Virus record (IMG/VR): IMGVR_UViG_3300046425_000466
Span: 1-49,051 of that record
Length of the DNA stretch: 49,051 bases
Strand: one strand, 5' to 3'
Source: a virus
Taxonomy: Duplodnaviria > Caudoviricetes
Below are positions 11,513 to 19,663 of the stretch, in pieces. Each line of letters opens with the position of its first letter. Positions within the stretch are counted from its first letter, which is position 1. The position numbers and the translations under genes are program-made. The notes under the pieces are model-generated. The model was given only the letters and a program-made list of their open reading frames with translations. It ran no database searches and was not told where the DNA came from.

Positions 11513-13285
11513 ATGCCTTACTCAATACCTTCACCAACAAACGCAACCTATGTTGCGCGACCTACGGGAAGAAGTGATGCTGTGCATGATGAAGTCGCAA
11601 GCAAAATACAGCAACCGAAGTTTGTTGATAATGCAGTTCACCATGTTCGCTACGAAGCGTCATCTGTTGGTGATGTAAACGACAGAACATCAGTAATGAA
11701 AAAACCACTACCCGGCGATTTTGCAATGACTCATGAGCGAAGATACACCTACGCAGAAGAAGAATCAGCACTGCGTTTATCTCATGTTGATAGAGATACA
11801 CAACCGTATTACAACGGCGCACTGATGACACCCACTTCAACACTACCTCCGCTACTTCTTGATGCAGAAGACGCAGGGAACAAATTAGCACCCGAACGAA
11901 TCGTCAATACAGAATACGGCTCGCGTTTGATACTCAAAAACATGAGAGGTAAAACGCTTAAGGATTTCAAGATGGGGCAAACAACTCACTTTCGTTTAGC
12001 ACACATGATTTCTGTTGGATTGAGAACCACCGACCTTGTTGAAAGATTATTCACCAATTCACTACACGGATTAAACAGTGTAAGTATCGGCTTACCTGTG
12101 AGCGCGTCAAACAACAACGCAAGCAGATTGAGGCACAGCAGAACATTTCTTGCCAAAGACTTCTATGACACTGCTATTCCTGCCGCAATACGCGCAGTAG
12201 CAAGACACGACCATTACTCCTTGTTCCATGACAGGTTCGGCAATTTCATCTATGCTCCAAAAATGTTCAAGGTAATTGATAGAGAAATAGGGCAGAAGCG
12301 CGGTGCAGGTTCGGTTTCAAGCGACCCAATCACAGAATCAGCAAACAGAATTATGTTGCAGGGTAAACCGCAAGCACTGAATGATGAAATCTCAATCATT
12401 GTTGATGATGCAGAAGCGCAGAAAAAAGAAGGAGTAATCCGACAAATGAGAGTTCGCGATGCAACAGCAACAAATATCACAAAGGGTCGCAGAAGCGCAA
12501 ATCAGTTTTTGAGGCTTAACAGAAAAGCGCAAGGTGCAATCAAAACAGACCAACACGCGCGCTCTTGGGATTTAGAACCGGGCGAAGTTGTTGATTTCAA
12601 AGCACCATCGTCCGATGTAAACACCAAGAAAGCAATTATTGAATTGACGCACGAATCTATTGGTGAGTCAGCATTCCAACTTGCGTCTTACGAAAGTGGA
12701 CTTGAAGGTGTCATCAACGCATTTGCTGATGATGCGGACGCAGATAGTGAAGACAAAGCACCGGACAGGTCAAACCAAATACAGGTCATTGAAAAAAGCG
12801 GTGTAGGTCGCGCACAATTCAAAACGATAGGTGCGGTATCAACGCGAACAGTGTCAGCCACAACTGCAAGAATCAAAACGGACGCAACCATCACTCACGC
12901 CAACCTTGCCCCGAATGTGCATTCCGGTTTCCTTATCGGGCATCGCCATGCAGATATGACAGGCGCAAGCCGTGGTGCGATTGGTAGCGGATTCTCAAAG
13001 AGATTACAAGGAGATTTAACCGCACCAACAACAATTACAGTTTCAACAATTACAGATGGATTTCCAAGTGCAGGGCATCTCACTCTAACCTACATTTCCG
13101 GTGCAACTTACAGCGTCGCGACAGTTGCATACACCGGCAAAACAGCCACTACCTTTACGGGCGTTAGCATTGTAGCCCCAAGTGGCGGAACTATACCCGC
13201 GAACATTAGTGAAATTAAACTACTACGACCGCGCGCACATGAAATGAGAGCAGTAAAGACGCTAAAGAAAACGAGGAGATTGTAA
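11513..13285 (+). CDS. Putative tail/baseplate hub-like structural protein
   Basis: 591-codon ORF with an ATG 5 nt after the giant ORF stop. LEPGEVVDF...IIELTH resembles the C-terminus of tail hub proteins, and it ends with a TITVST..GFPSAG..YTGKTATTFTGV module. Confidence 0.55.
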   Translation: MPYSIPSPTNATYVARPTGRSDAVHDEVASKIQQPKFVDNAVHHVRYEASSVGDVNDRTSVMKKPLPGDFAMTHERRYTYAEEESALRLSHVDRDTQPYYNGALMTPTSTLPPLLLDAEDAGNKLAPERIVNTEYGSRLILKNMRGKTLKDFKMGQTTHFRLAHMISVGLRTTDLVERLFTNSLHGLNSVSIGLPVSASNNNASRLRHSRTFLAKDFYDTAIPAAIRAVARHDHYSLFHDRFGNFIYAPKMFKVIDREIGQKRGAGSVSSDPITESANRIMLQGKPQALNDEISIIVDDAEAQKKEGVIRQMRVRDATATNITKGRRSANQFLRLNRKAQGAIKTDQHARSWDLEPGEVVDFKAPSSDVNTKKAIIELTHESIGESAFQLASYESGLEGVINAFADDADADSEDKAPDRSNQIQVIEKSGVGRAQFKTIGAVSTRTVSATTARIKTDATITHANLAPNVHSGFLIGHRHADMTGASRGAIGSGFSKRLQGDLTAPTTITVSTITDGFPSAGHLTLTYISGATYSVATVAYTGKTATTFTGVSIVAPSGGTIPANISEIKLLRPRAHEMRAVKTLKKTRRL

Positions 13286-13632
13286 TGCCGATGCTAAACG
13301 CCGTAAAACGAAGACTTGTTGAGAATCTTGCAGGTCTTGTCAATGAGTTGCATATTGGAAGCGACGGAACGGTGGCTTCATCGGAAGACGGAGGCGCGAG
13401 AACGATTGCTCGCGTTAGCCCTACGGTGACAATTATTGACGACAGCAGTATTTTGATTGAAGGTTCATTCAACACATCACATGTATATTCAAGCCCTATC
13501 AAGGAAGTTTACTTGCAATACAAAGACCCCACAACGGGAGAGTTTGTGCCTGTTTATCGCGCAGACATCAACCCATTAACCAAAAACGCACAGAACGAAG
13601 TGCGATTTTCATTTATTATGGAGTTAGATTGA
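13285..13632 (+). CDS. Small tail/baseplate protein (tail-collar-like)
   Basis: 115 aa, TAATG-coupled to the upstream gene. IKEVYL...VYRADINPLTKNAQNEVRF resembles fibre-attachment proteins, and it precedes the fibre gene. Confidence 0.5.
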   Translation: MPMLNAVKRRLVENLAGLVNELHIGSDGTVASSEDGGARTIARVSPTVTIIDDSSILIEGSFNTSHVYSSPIKEVYLQYKDPTTGEFVPVYRADINPLTKNAQNEVRFSFIMELD

Positions 13633-13633
13633 G

Positions 13634-15718
13634 ATGACAAAAGACGCACTATCGGGACACACAGCCGCGCAAAATACGCTTGGCGCAGACGGATTGAGAG
13701 ATGGAGATGCGATGTCATCAGCGACATTGACGAATACGCTACAAGGTATTCATGGTAGTGGACTTCTGCGCTTGGAAGACAACGCATTCACCGCGTCAAA
13801 CCGCAACAACCCTATGCTTCAACCGGGCGCAATAACAAGAGCATCAGCATTCACTTTGACAATCACAGGAGGATATGTTGTGCTTGATGGTGTGCTATAC
13901 GAGTTTGCAGGTGGTCCGGGCGGTAGCGCAACAATGACATTGGGCGACGCAAATCACGGTTCGGGTGGTGTTGCTTTAGCCGCAACGGGAGAAGAAGCAC
14001 TGTATGTCATTTATGTCGCGGCAAACAACGGAATATCCAATGTTCACTACGAAGGTGGGAGTCCGGTCAATGTTTCAAATGGCCTTTATCCGACCATTCC
14101 TTCTCAATATCTTACAGATTATGACACTGCAAGCGCAAACACCAACATGAAAACGGTCGTGTTGGCTGTTGTTCGCGTCAAATACAAGTCATCGGGTGGA
14201 GGCTCGCATAGTGTTGATATTCAAGAAATCAACGATAAGCGCGTATTCCTGCCTTCTTCTATTCGCTACATGCCTCCGGTATCGTCGGGTGGTTTAGCAA
14301 GCAACAGGGTAAGTGATGGAAGCGCAGAAGGTATCAACACAATGACGCACCTCAAAGACTTGCTACACACAGCAGGAGATGCGGGCGATTTAGCAGTGGG
14401 CGACAGCATTACTGCACTATGGCCGAGTCATCCACGATACGATTTATCGGCAGACCCACAAGTAGCCGCAACATCAACCGACCCCGGATTTGGTCAAGGA
14501 CCATCGCGAGGAAAAGACCTTGACAACAATTATGTCAAGAACGCATTGTATTTTGCAGGGCGCAACAACGAAGGCACAGGACATTACTCGGTGCGTCTTG
14601 ATGGAAAAGGCGTTGAAGGAACAATGACCGAGATTACAGGAAGCATCACAAAAACAATCACTTCCGATGGAGATTCATTTATCATGCTCAAGGTCGCGAC
14701 AGGTCAAGTTGTGACACTAAACCCCGAAAGAGATGCAAGCGCGAACTACAAGTTTCCCGAAGGTCATATCATTGAGGTCTGCAACGAAGGTGTTGCGGGC
14801 AAAGGAAACATTGTGTTTGACAATCAAACATCACCTGCGGGCGTAAACGCAACATTGACTCCCGGCGACCGCGCTACTTTCGTGTATGAGGGTAGCAAGT
14901 GGATGAGTTGCAATTATCCGATTGCGGGCGGTGGAGTGACAGATGGCGACAAAGGCGACATTACCGTGAGCAGTGGTGGCAATACTTGGACGATTGACAA
15001 CGACGCAGTGACTTACGCGAAGATACAAAATGTATCACAAACAAACAGATTACTCGGTCGTGATAGCGCGGGTGCAGGTGTGATTGAAGAAATCAGCCCT
15101 GCTGATGTGCGGACCATGTTGAATGTCGCTGATGGTGCAACAGCCAATGCGGGAACAGTGACGAGCGTAACCGGCACACTACCCATCAGTTCAACGGGTG
15201 GTGCAACACCGGCAATCAGCATCGGGGCGGCATCGGGAAGTGCCGCAGGTTCAATGAGTTCCGCGCATTTCACAAAACTGAATGGTATAGCCGCAGGTGC
15301 TACCGTTTACACCAACACTATGGCAGTTGGGGCAATTGAAGGGGCGGCATCAATCACATTAGACCCTTCCGCGACATTTACAGCAAATAGAAGCGTGATT
15401 GAAGATGTCACCCAAAACGGGTTTCCGATTTCACCAACCGCATTAGAACTAATGGAGGACCAAAGAGGAAAGGTGTTAGTGAACAATATAGCAGGTATCA
15501 CCACTATGGGATTACCCGACCCCGGCGCGTCTTTGTTAGGAGATACCTATGTAATTCTAAACACACATAGCGTTGCTATAACAATTGATAGAGGCGGAGG
15601 GCTTCACGGAACTCCTCAAAACTTGAATGGTGCGGCAACCAATGGTTCACTGCCCGCGCATGAGGCTGTCACTTTAATTTACACAGGCGCAACAGGTTGG
15701 TATGGAATAGGATTGTGA
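13634..15718 (+). CDS. Tail fibre / receptor-binding protein
   Basis: 694 aa, G/A/T/S-rich. Has an N-terminal LTITGGYVVLDG attachment-like segment, fibre-like DGDKGDITVS..AVTYAKIQNV..RLLGR and GTVTSV..KLNGIAAGAT segments, and a C-terminal AVTLIY...GWY. Confidence 0.7.
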   Translation: MTKDALSGHTAAQNTLGADGLRDGDAMSSATLTNTLQGIHGSGLLRLEDNAFTASNRNNPMLQPGAITRASAFTLTITGGYVVLDGVLYEFAGGPGGSATMTLGDANHGSGGVALAATGEEALYVIYVAANNGISNVHYEGGSPVNVSNGLYPTIPSQYLTDYDTASANTNMKTVVLAVVRVKYKSSGGGSHSVDIQEINDKRVFLPSSIRYMPPVSSGGLASNRVSDGSAEGINTMTHLKDLLHTAGDAGDLAVGDSITALWPSHPRYDLSADPQVAATSTDPGFGQGPSRGKDLDNNYVKNALYFAGRNNEGTGHYSVRLDGKGVEGTMTEITGSITKTITSDGDSFIMLKVATGQVVTLNPERDASANYKFPEGHIIEVCNEGVAGKGNIVFDNQTSPAGVNATLTPGDRATFVYEGSKWMSCNYPIAGGGVTDGDKGDITVSSGGNTWTIDNDAVTYAKIQNVSQTNRLLGRDSAGAGVIEEISPADVRTMLNVADGATANAGTVTSVTGTLPISSTGGATPAISIGAASGSAAGSMSSAHFTKLNGIAAGATVYTNTMAVGAIEGAASITLDPSATFTANRSVIEDVTQNGFPISPTALELMEDQRGKVLVNNIAGITTMGLPDPGASLLGDTYVILNTHSVAITIDRGGGLHGTPQNLNGAATNGSLPAHEAVTLIYTGATGWYGIGL

Positions 15719-15722
15719 TACC

Positions 15723-16457
15723 ATGTGGGGCATGACGGCGGTAAAAAAAGGCACAGCCATGAAAGACAAAAAGAAGCGCGCAGGTGGCGGCCCACCACCA
15801 CCACCACCACCGTGGCATCAAGCGGAAGATGTTGGGCTTCAAACACAAGACAATGTATTCGGAGTTTCGGCAGGTCCACTCTATTCAACACAAAACGGAC
15901 TAAGTTGCGCATCAATAGGGGTTATGAGCATCAAAGATTTGAACACAAACGCAAATGTCGCGCCAAATACAGGGACACCATTAGTCGTTGCTGATTACTA
16001 CGCAACGAAAGTTCATAGCCATACCCCAACAGGTTTCCCTAATACTCCTATTTCGGGCGAGGTCGCGTTGAACATTGCGAATAACGGTAGTCAAACAAAG
16101 TTAGATATTGGCATATCGGTTTACAACACAGTCAATGCAAGGTTTGGTGGTGGTAGCAGTGCAAGCCTAAGCCTACATCATGACGCTCTTAATCTGCTTA
16201 CCAACGGTCATTTACGATTAGCAAACAACAATTACACCAACTTGGCTGTCTTAAATCTTAGTCCCACACAAATGGTCGGACAAAGGATTGATGCAATCGT
16301 ATTAGACAATCCACCTGCGGTAGCAACAGGTCAGTTGATTTTAGAAGCGCGGTGGGGAACAATTCAATCAAAAAGAGGTAGCGGCCACCACAGAACAGAT
16401 AGATACATTGGTAATTCTTTTACCGGAAGCGCATACATTGGAATCGTAATAACTTGA
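15723..16457 (+). CDS. Hypothetical fibre-associated protein with poly-Pro linker
   Basis: 244 aa: basic N-terminus, GGG-P7 linker, then a beta-rich domain; directly after the fibre gene. Confidence 0.6.
   Translation: MWGMTAVKKGTAMKDKKKRAGGGPPPPPPPWHQAEDVGLQTQDNVFGVSAGPLYSTQNGLSCASIGVMSIKDLNTNANVAPNTGTPLVVADYYATKVHSHTPTGFPNTPISGEVALNIANNGSQTKLDIGISVYNTVNARFGGGSSASLSLHHDALNLLTNGHLRLANNNYTNLAVLNLSPTQMVGQRIDAIVLDNPPAVATGQLILEARWGTIQSKRGSGHHRTDRYIGNSFTGSAYIGIVIT
15792..15812 (+). repeat. (CCA)6-CCG triplet tract encoding 7 prolines
   Basis: ccaccaccaccaccaccaccg seen directly. Confidence 0.9.
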
Positions 16458-16466
16458 GATGATAAC

Positions 16467-16673
16467 ATGGGAAAACTGAAAGAGAGATTAAGCCAAACTT
16501 GCGCAGATTGCAAAAAAAGTGTCCTTGCGCGTCGCGTTGAGGGTCGCTATGTTAATGAACGAGAAACGCGTCTGCTGATTTGGGAGTGTCCTCAATGTGG
16601 TCATCTATGGCAAGATTCGCGGCTCACTACACCGAAGTTCAAAAAGCACAAAATAGGTGATATGAATGTCTAA
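16467..16673 (+). CDS. Small zinc-ribbon protein
   Basis: 68 aa; CADC...WECPQCGHLW. Confidence 0.75.
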   Translation: MGKLKERLSQTCADCKKSVLARRVEGRYVNERETRLLIWECPQCGHLWQDSRLTTPKFKKHKIGDMNV

Positions 16674-18039
16674 GAAAATCAAGCGCGATAAAGAACAGAA
16701 AGGCAAGAATGCTGTGTTAGTTATTGCGATTGGTAAGCATCCTAAGATGGGTCCGGGTGCGCGTAAGGTCAAAAAGGCCGAAGAGCGAAAATCAAAATCT
16801 CAAATGCGTCGTGAACGACGCGCGGCGAAACAAGCCAAGCGCGAAGCAAAGGCGAAAGAATCGGGCGAAGAAGTGAAAGACACTTCCGAAGCAGGACGAG
16901 AAGCAACCAAGAAATTACAGATGTCCCAACGAGCCAAAAAGCATTACGAGCGAATGAAAGAAAGTGGCGACCCTACTGATGTGCGCGACTATGTTGAAAG
17001 ACGAAGAATCAACATGAAGGATTTAGCAGAAGAGTTGGGTATCAGCACTGTTGACCTCGGAAGACTCAATGTTGAGCAAGGCGCGTTTCAAGATGCGATT
17101 GATAGATTAGCCGGTGACAGTGCAAAATCTCGCAAAGACGCGCATGAAGAGTTCATGAATAAAATTGGTGGTATGTCAATTGATGATATGGCAAGCAACT
17201 TTGCTTTGACACCGAAAGGCGGTGGCAAATTAACAAACGAGCAAAGAGCAGAACTCGCAAAACTGATAGGTGTTCAAGCCACAGACATTCGTGAAAATAG
17301 TCCAATGCTTGAGAACAGAAAGTTGGAGTTGTATAATGCAATGAAGGAGATGGGGCAACAGGCTTTCGCTACCCGACAACATCAAAAGATTGCGCGGAGA
17401 AGTTCAGCGCGAGCAAGAAGGGAAGCAAGAAGGGAGAAAAAGACAGGTGGGGGTAAACCAATTCATTTCACATCGGGTTATGACCCCGAAGTTCTTGAGA
17501 GGATTGCCGCAACTCGCGGTATATCGGTTGAACAACTGTATGATATGATTACAGGTCAAGGGGGAGGGGACGAAGAAGAACTAAACGAGCGCGGTGATGT
17601 CATGGAGGGAGAAGATTCGCAGATGAGGAACGCTCCGTCAAGTGTTTTTACAACTCCATACGCAACGCGAGAAGGAGCAGGTTTCAAATCCGGCTCAATG
17701 AGAAACCCCGGTGGTCGCAACGACGACGCAGGTGGCGAGCGCGGTTCATCTTTCAAACCCGGTCAAACTGTTGAAGACACAATGCATGGTTTCAAAGCCC
17801 CTACATCTTTTGGGCTTGCGCGTGTTGGAGAGTATCACTTACAACCCGACCAAGAAGCAAATTATGACGAGGTGGATAGAACAATGGAAAACTACCAAAG
17901 AGGAGAGCCGATGGACTTAGCCTTCCGCATACTCAAAGAGGGTATGTGTAAAGGCGATGATTGCGATGGATGCAAAAGTTGCAAGACATGTCCCAAGTGC
18001 AAACCCAAAGGCTCAACCTGCGATAAGATGGGTTGTTGA
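16666..18039 (+). CDS. Highly charged protein with EPMDLAFRILK motif and Cys-rich C-terminal tail
   Basis: 457 aa with a GGTGA RBS; K/R/E-rich; 8 Cys in the last 30 aa. Confidence 0.75.
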   Translation: MSKKIKRDKEQKGKNAVLVIAIGKHPKMGPGARKVKKAEERKSKSQMRRERRAAKQAKREAKAKESGEEVKDTSEAGREATKKLQMSQRAKKHYERMKESGDPTDVRDYVERRRINMKDLAEELGISTVDLGRLNVEQGAFQDAIDRLAGDSAKSRKDAHEEFMNKIGGMSIDDMASNFALTPKGGGKLTNEQRAELAKLIGVQATDIRENSPMLENRKLELYNAMKEMGQQAFATRQHQKIARRSSARARREARREKKTGGGKPIHFTSGYDPEVLERIAATRGISVEQLYDMITGQGGGDEEELNERGDVMEGEDSQMRNAPSSVFTTPYATREGAGFKSGSMRNPGGRNDDAGGERGSSFKPGQTVEDTMHGFKAPTSFGLARVGEYHLQPDQEANYDEVDRTMENYQRGEPMDLAFRILKEGMCKGDDCDGCKSCKTCPKCKPKGSTCDKMGC

Positions 18040-18041
18040 AC

Positions 18042-18203
18042 ATGGTCGTATCAGCAGAATGGATTAGACGCATGAACAAGCGTTGGATGCCATTCTGCGG
18101 TCGTTGCTATTGGGACATGGATTCAACACTTGGTCCGTGGGGACATTGTGAATGTTGTGAAGCAAAGAGGGAGGAATATGAATCGCGTCATAGTTATCCG
18201 TAA
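18042..18203 (+). CDS. Small Zn-finger protein (53 aa, not in ORF track)
   Basis: ATG 2 nt after the upstream stop; MVVSAEWIRRMNKRWMPFCGRCYWD...GHCECCEAKREEYESRHSYP*. Confidence 0.6.
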   Translation: MVVSAEWIRRMNKRWMPFCGRCYWDMDSTLGPWGHCECCEAKREEYESRHSYP

Positions 18204-19338
18204 AAGACAGACCGAGTTGGGAGAATACCCCGGTTTTGAAAACGAGGCATTCTCATCTTACGGACCAATTACAGAATATCATGGAACGGCTTTCGCGCCG
18301 GAGATTGATAAGACGGGATTGCAAGGTAATGTGATGGCTCCGCATAGAGCCGTTCGCCCTCCCGCAAACATGGAAAGTAAACCCGTAGTCTATTCAACGA
18401 CAGACAGAAAACTCGCGCAACAATGGGCTGAACAGCAAACGAAGAGAATGAACAAGTTTGGTAAAGAGAAGCGTAAACCAAGAGTTGTTGCCATTAGGGG
18501 ACAAGGACTTGACCACACCCCCGATAAAAAGGAGCAAGACGCAAAGAGTAGTTTCCAACAAGGGGAAGTTCGCGTAAGAACGCCCAACATTCCGCGTGAA
18601 AGATTGGTAGTGCGAAAACACGCCGAATCTCCCGAAGCCAAGAAGCACAAGAAGGAATACGACACCAAGTATGAATCAACACCAAAGCGCAAGAAGTATC
18701 GTGCTGAATTAACACAGGAACGACGCAAGCGCGGAGTTGCGGGTAAAGGAGGCAAGGACATGAGCCACACAGCAAGAGGCACGATTGTCCCCGAAGACCG
18801 TCATGCTAACCGCGCAAGACATTTCAAAGAACGAGGCACACTCAAGAAGAACCTCAACCGATGGTTCAAGGAAAAGTGGGTTGATGTTTCCCGCACAGGT
18901 AAAGACGGTAAGCATCCTCCGTGTGGACGCAGTAAGGCCAAGAAGTCAAGCAAGGGCTACCCAAAGTGCCGACCAAGCGTGAAGGTATCAAGTAAGACAC
19001 CGAAGACCTCCGGTTCTATGTCAACAGGACAGAAGCGCGCGGCTACCAAACGCAAGCGTAGTAAGAAGCAAGGCGTAGGTGGCAAGCCGACAATCGTGAA
19101 AGAACAGAAGAAGTTGAAATCTCTTGACAAGTTTGGTATGTTGAAAATGCAAATGCTGAACGCGCAAATGATATTGAAAGGTGAATGTATGACACCGGGC
19201 AAGCCCGCCTATGATGAATACACCGCTAATGAAATAGCAAAGGACCAAACAAAAAGGTCGGGGCGACCAATTCGCGCATACCGATGTGTTGGTATGGGTG
19301 GTGAAGGTTGCGGAAGGTTTCACCTAACAAGTGGATGA
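18178..19338 (+). CDS. Multi-module basic protein: ADP-ribosyltransferase-like + HNH-like + RWFKEKW module + C-terminal Zn finger
   Basis: ATG 18178 follows a GGAGG RBS. Motifs: YHGT..IDKTGL..VYSTTDRKLAQQWA..E..IPRERL; KDMSH..NRAR; LNRWFKEKWVDV..CGR..YPKCRP; C..GK..RAYRC..C..FHLTS. Confidence 0.7.
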   Translation: MNRVIVIRKRQTELGEYPGFENEAFSSYGPITEYHGTAFAPEIDKTGLQGNVMAPHRAVRPPANMESKPVVYSTTDRKLAQQWAEQQTKRMNKFGKEKRKPRVVAIRGQGLDHTPDKKEQDAKSSFQQGEVRVRTPNIPRERLVVRKHAESPEAKKHKKEYDTKYESTPKRKKYRAELTQERRKRGVAGKGGKDMSHTARGTIVPEDRHANRARHFKERGTLKKNLNRWFKEKWVDVSRTGKDGKHPPCGRSKAKKSSKGYPKCRPSVKVSSKTPKTSGSMSTGQKRAATKRKRSKKQGVGGKPTIVKEQKKLKSLDKFGMLKMQMLNAQMILKGECMTPGKPAYDEYTANEIAKDQTKRSGRPIRAYRCVGMGGEGCGRFHLTSG

Positions 19339-19339
19339 G

Positions 19340-19354
19340 AAGGTTTATTTTTTA
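19340..19354 (+). promoter_or_regulatory. Possible archaeal BRE/TATA-like promoter for small membrane ORF
   Basis: aaggtttatttttta lies about 25-30 nt upstream of ATG 19373, the spacing expected for a leaderless transcript. Confidence 0.35.
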
Positions 19355-19372
19355 CATCGCTATGCGGTAAAC

Positions 19373-19531
19373 ATGTGGTATTATCTTACGCTTTTTCTTG
19401 TTGCTTTTCTTGCAGGATTTCTAACAATGTGGTTCGCCTTTGACGACCTCGGAACTCAAATCGTATTCTTTGAAAATGAAGAAGAACTCCAACAAATGCA
19501 TTGGGATGGCTTGAGGAAAGGTCCTCAATAA
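19373..19531 (+). CDS. Small single-TM membrane protein
   Basis: MWYYLTLFLVAFLAGFLTMWFAF hydrophobic helix followed by an acidic tail. Confidence 0.65.
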   Translation: MWYYLTLFLVAFLAGFLTMWFAFDDLGTQIVFFENEEELQQMHWDGLRKGPQ

Positions 19532-19663
19532 TCACTCTTCTTCGGAATCCATCTCGCCCGGTATGTTGTTTGCCTTGTAAATCAAGTAATCAAATACGCG
19601 GTAGCCAATCTCAATAATCAGCAATAACCCAATTAGCAAAAGTGCTTCTTTCCACATGGTCAT
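19532..19663 (-). CDS. Small single-TM membrane protein (43 aa, not in ORF track)
   Basis: MTMWKEALLLIGLLLIIEIGYRVFDYLIYKANNIPGEMDSEEE*; TGATG-coupled to the chaperonin stop. Confidence 0.6.
   Translation of the reverse strand: MTMWKEALLLIGLLLIIEIGYRVFDYLIYKANNIPGEMDSEEE

Noticed and set aside
15725-15994. Alternate-frame ORF or programmed frameshift at the CCA tract
   Set aside because: The triplet repeat preserves frame, no slippery heptamer is evident, and the 244-aa frame fills the space
13634-16457. Diversity-generating retroelement acting on fibre genes
   Set aside because: No reverse transcriptase and no TR/VR repeat pair noticed in the window
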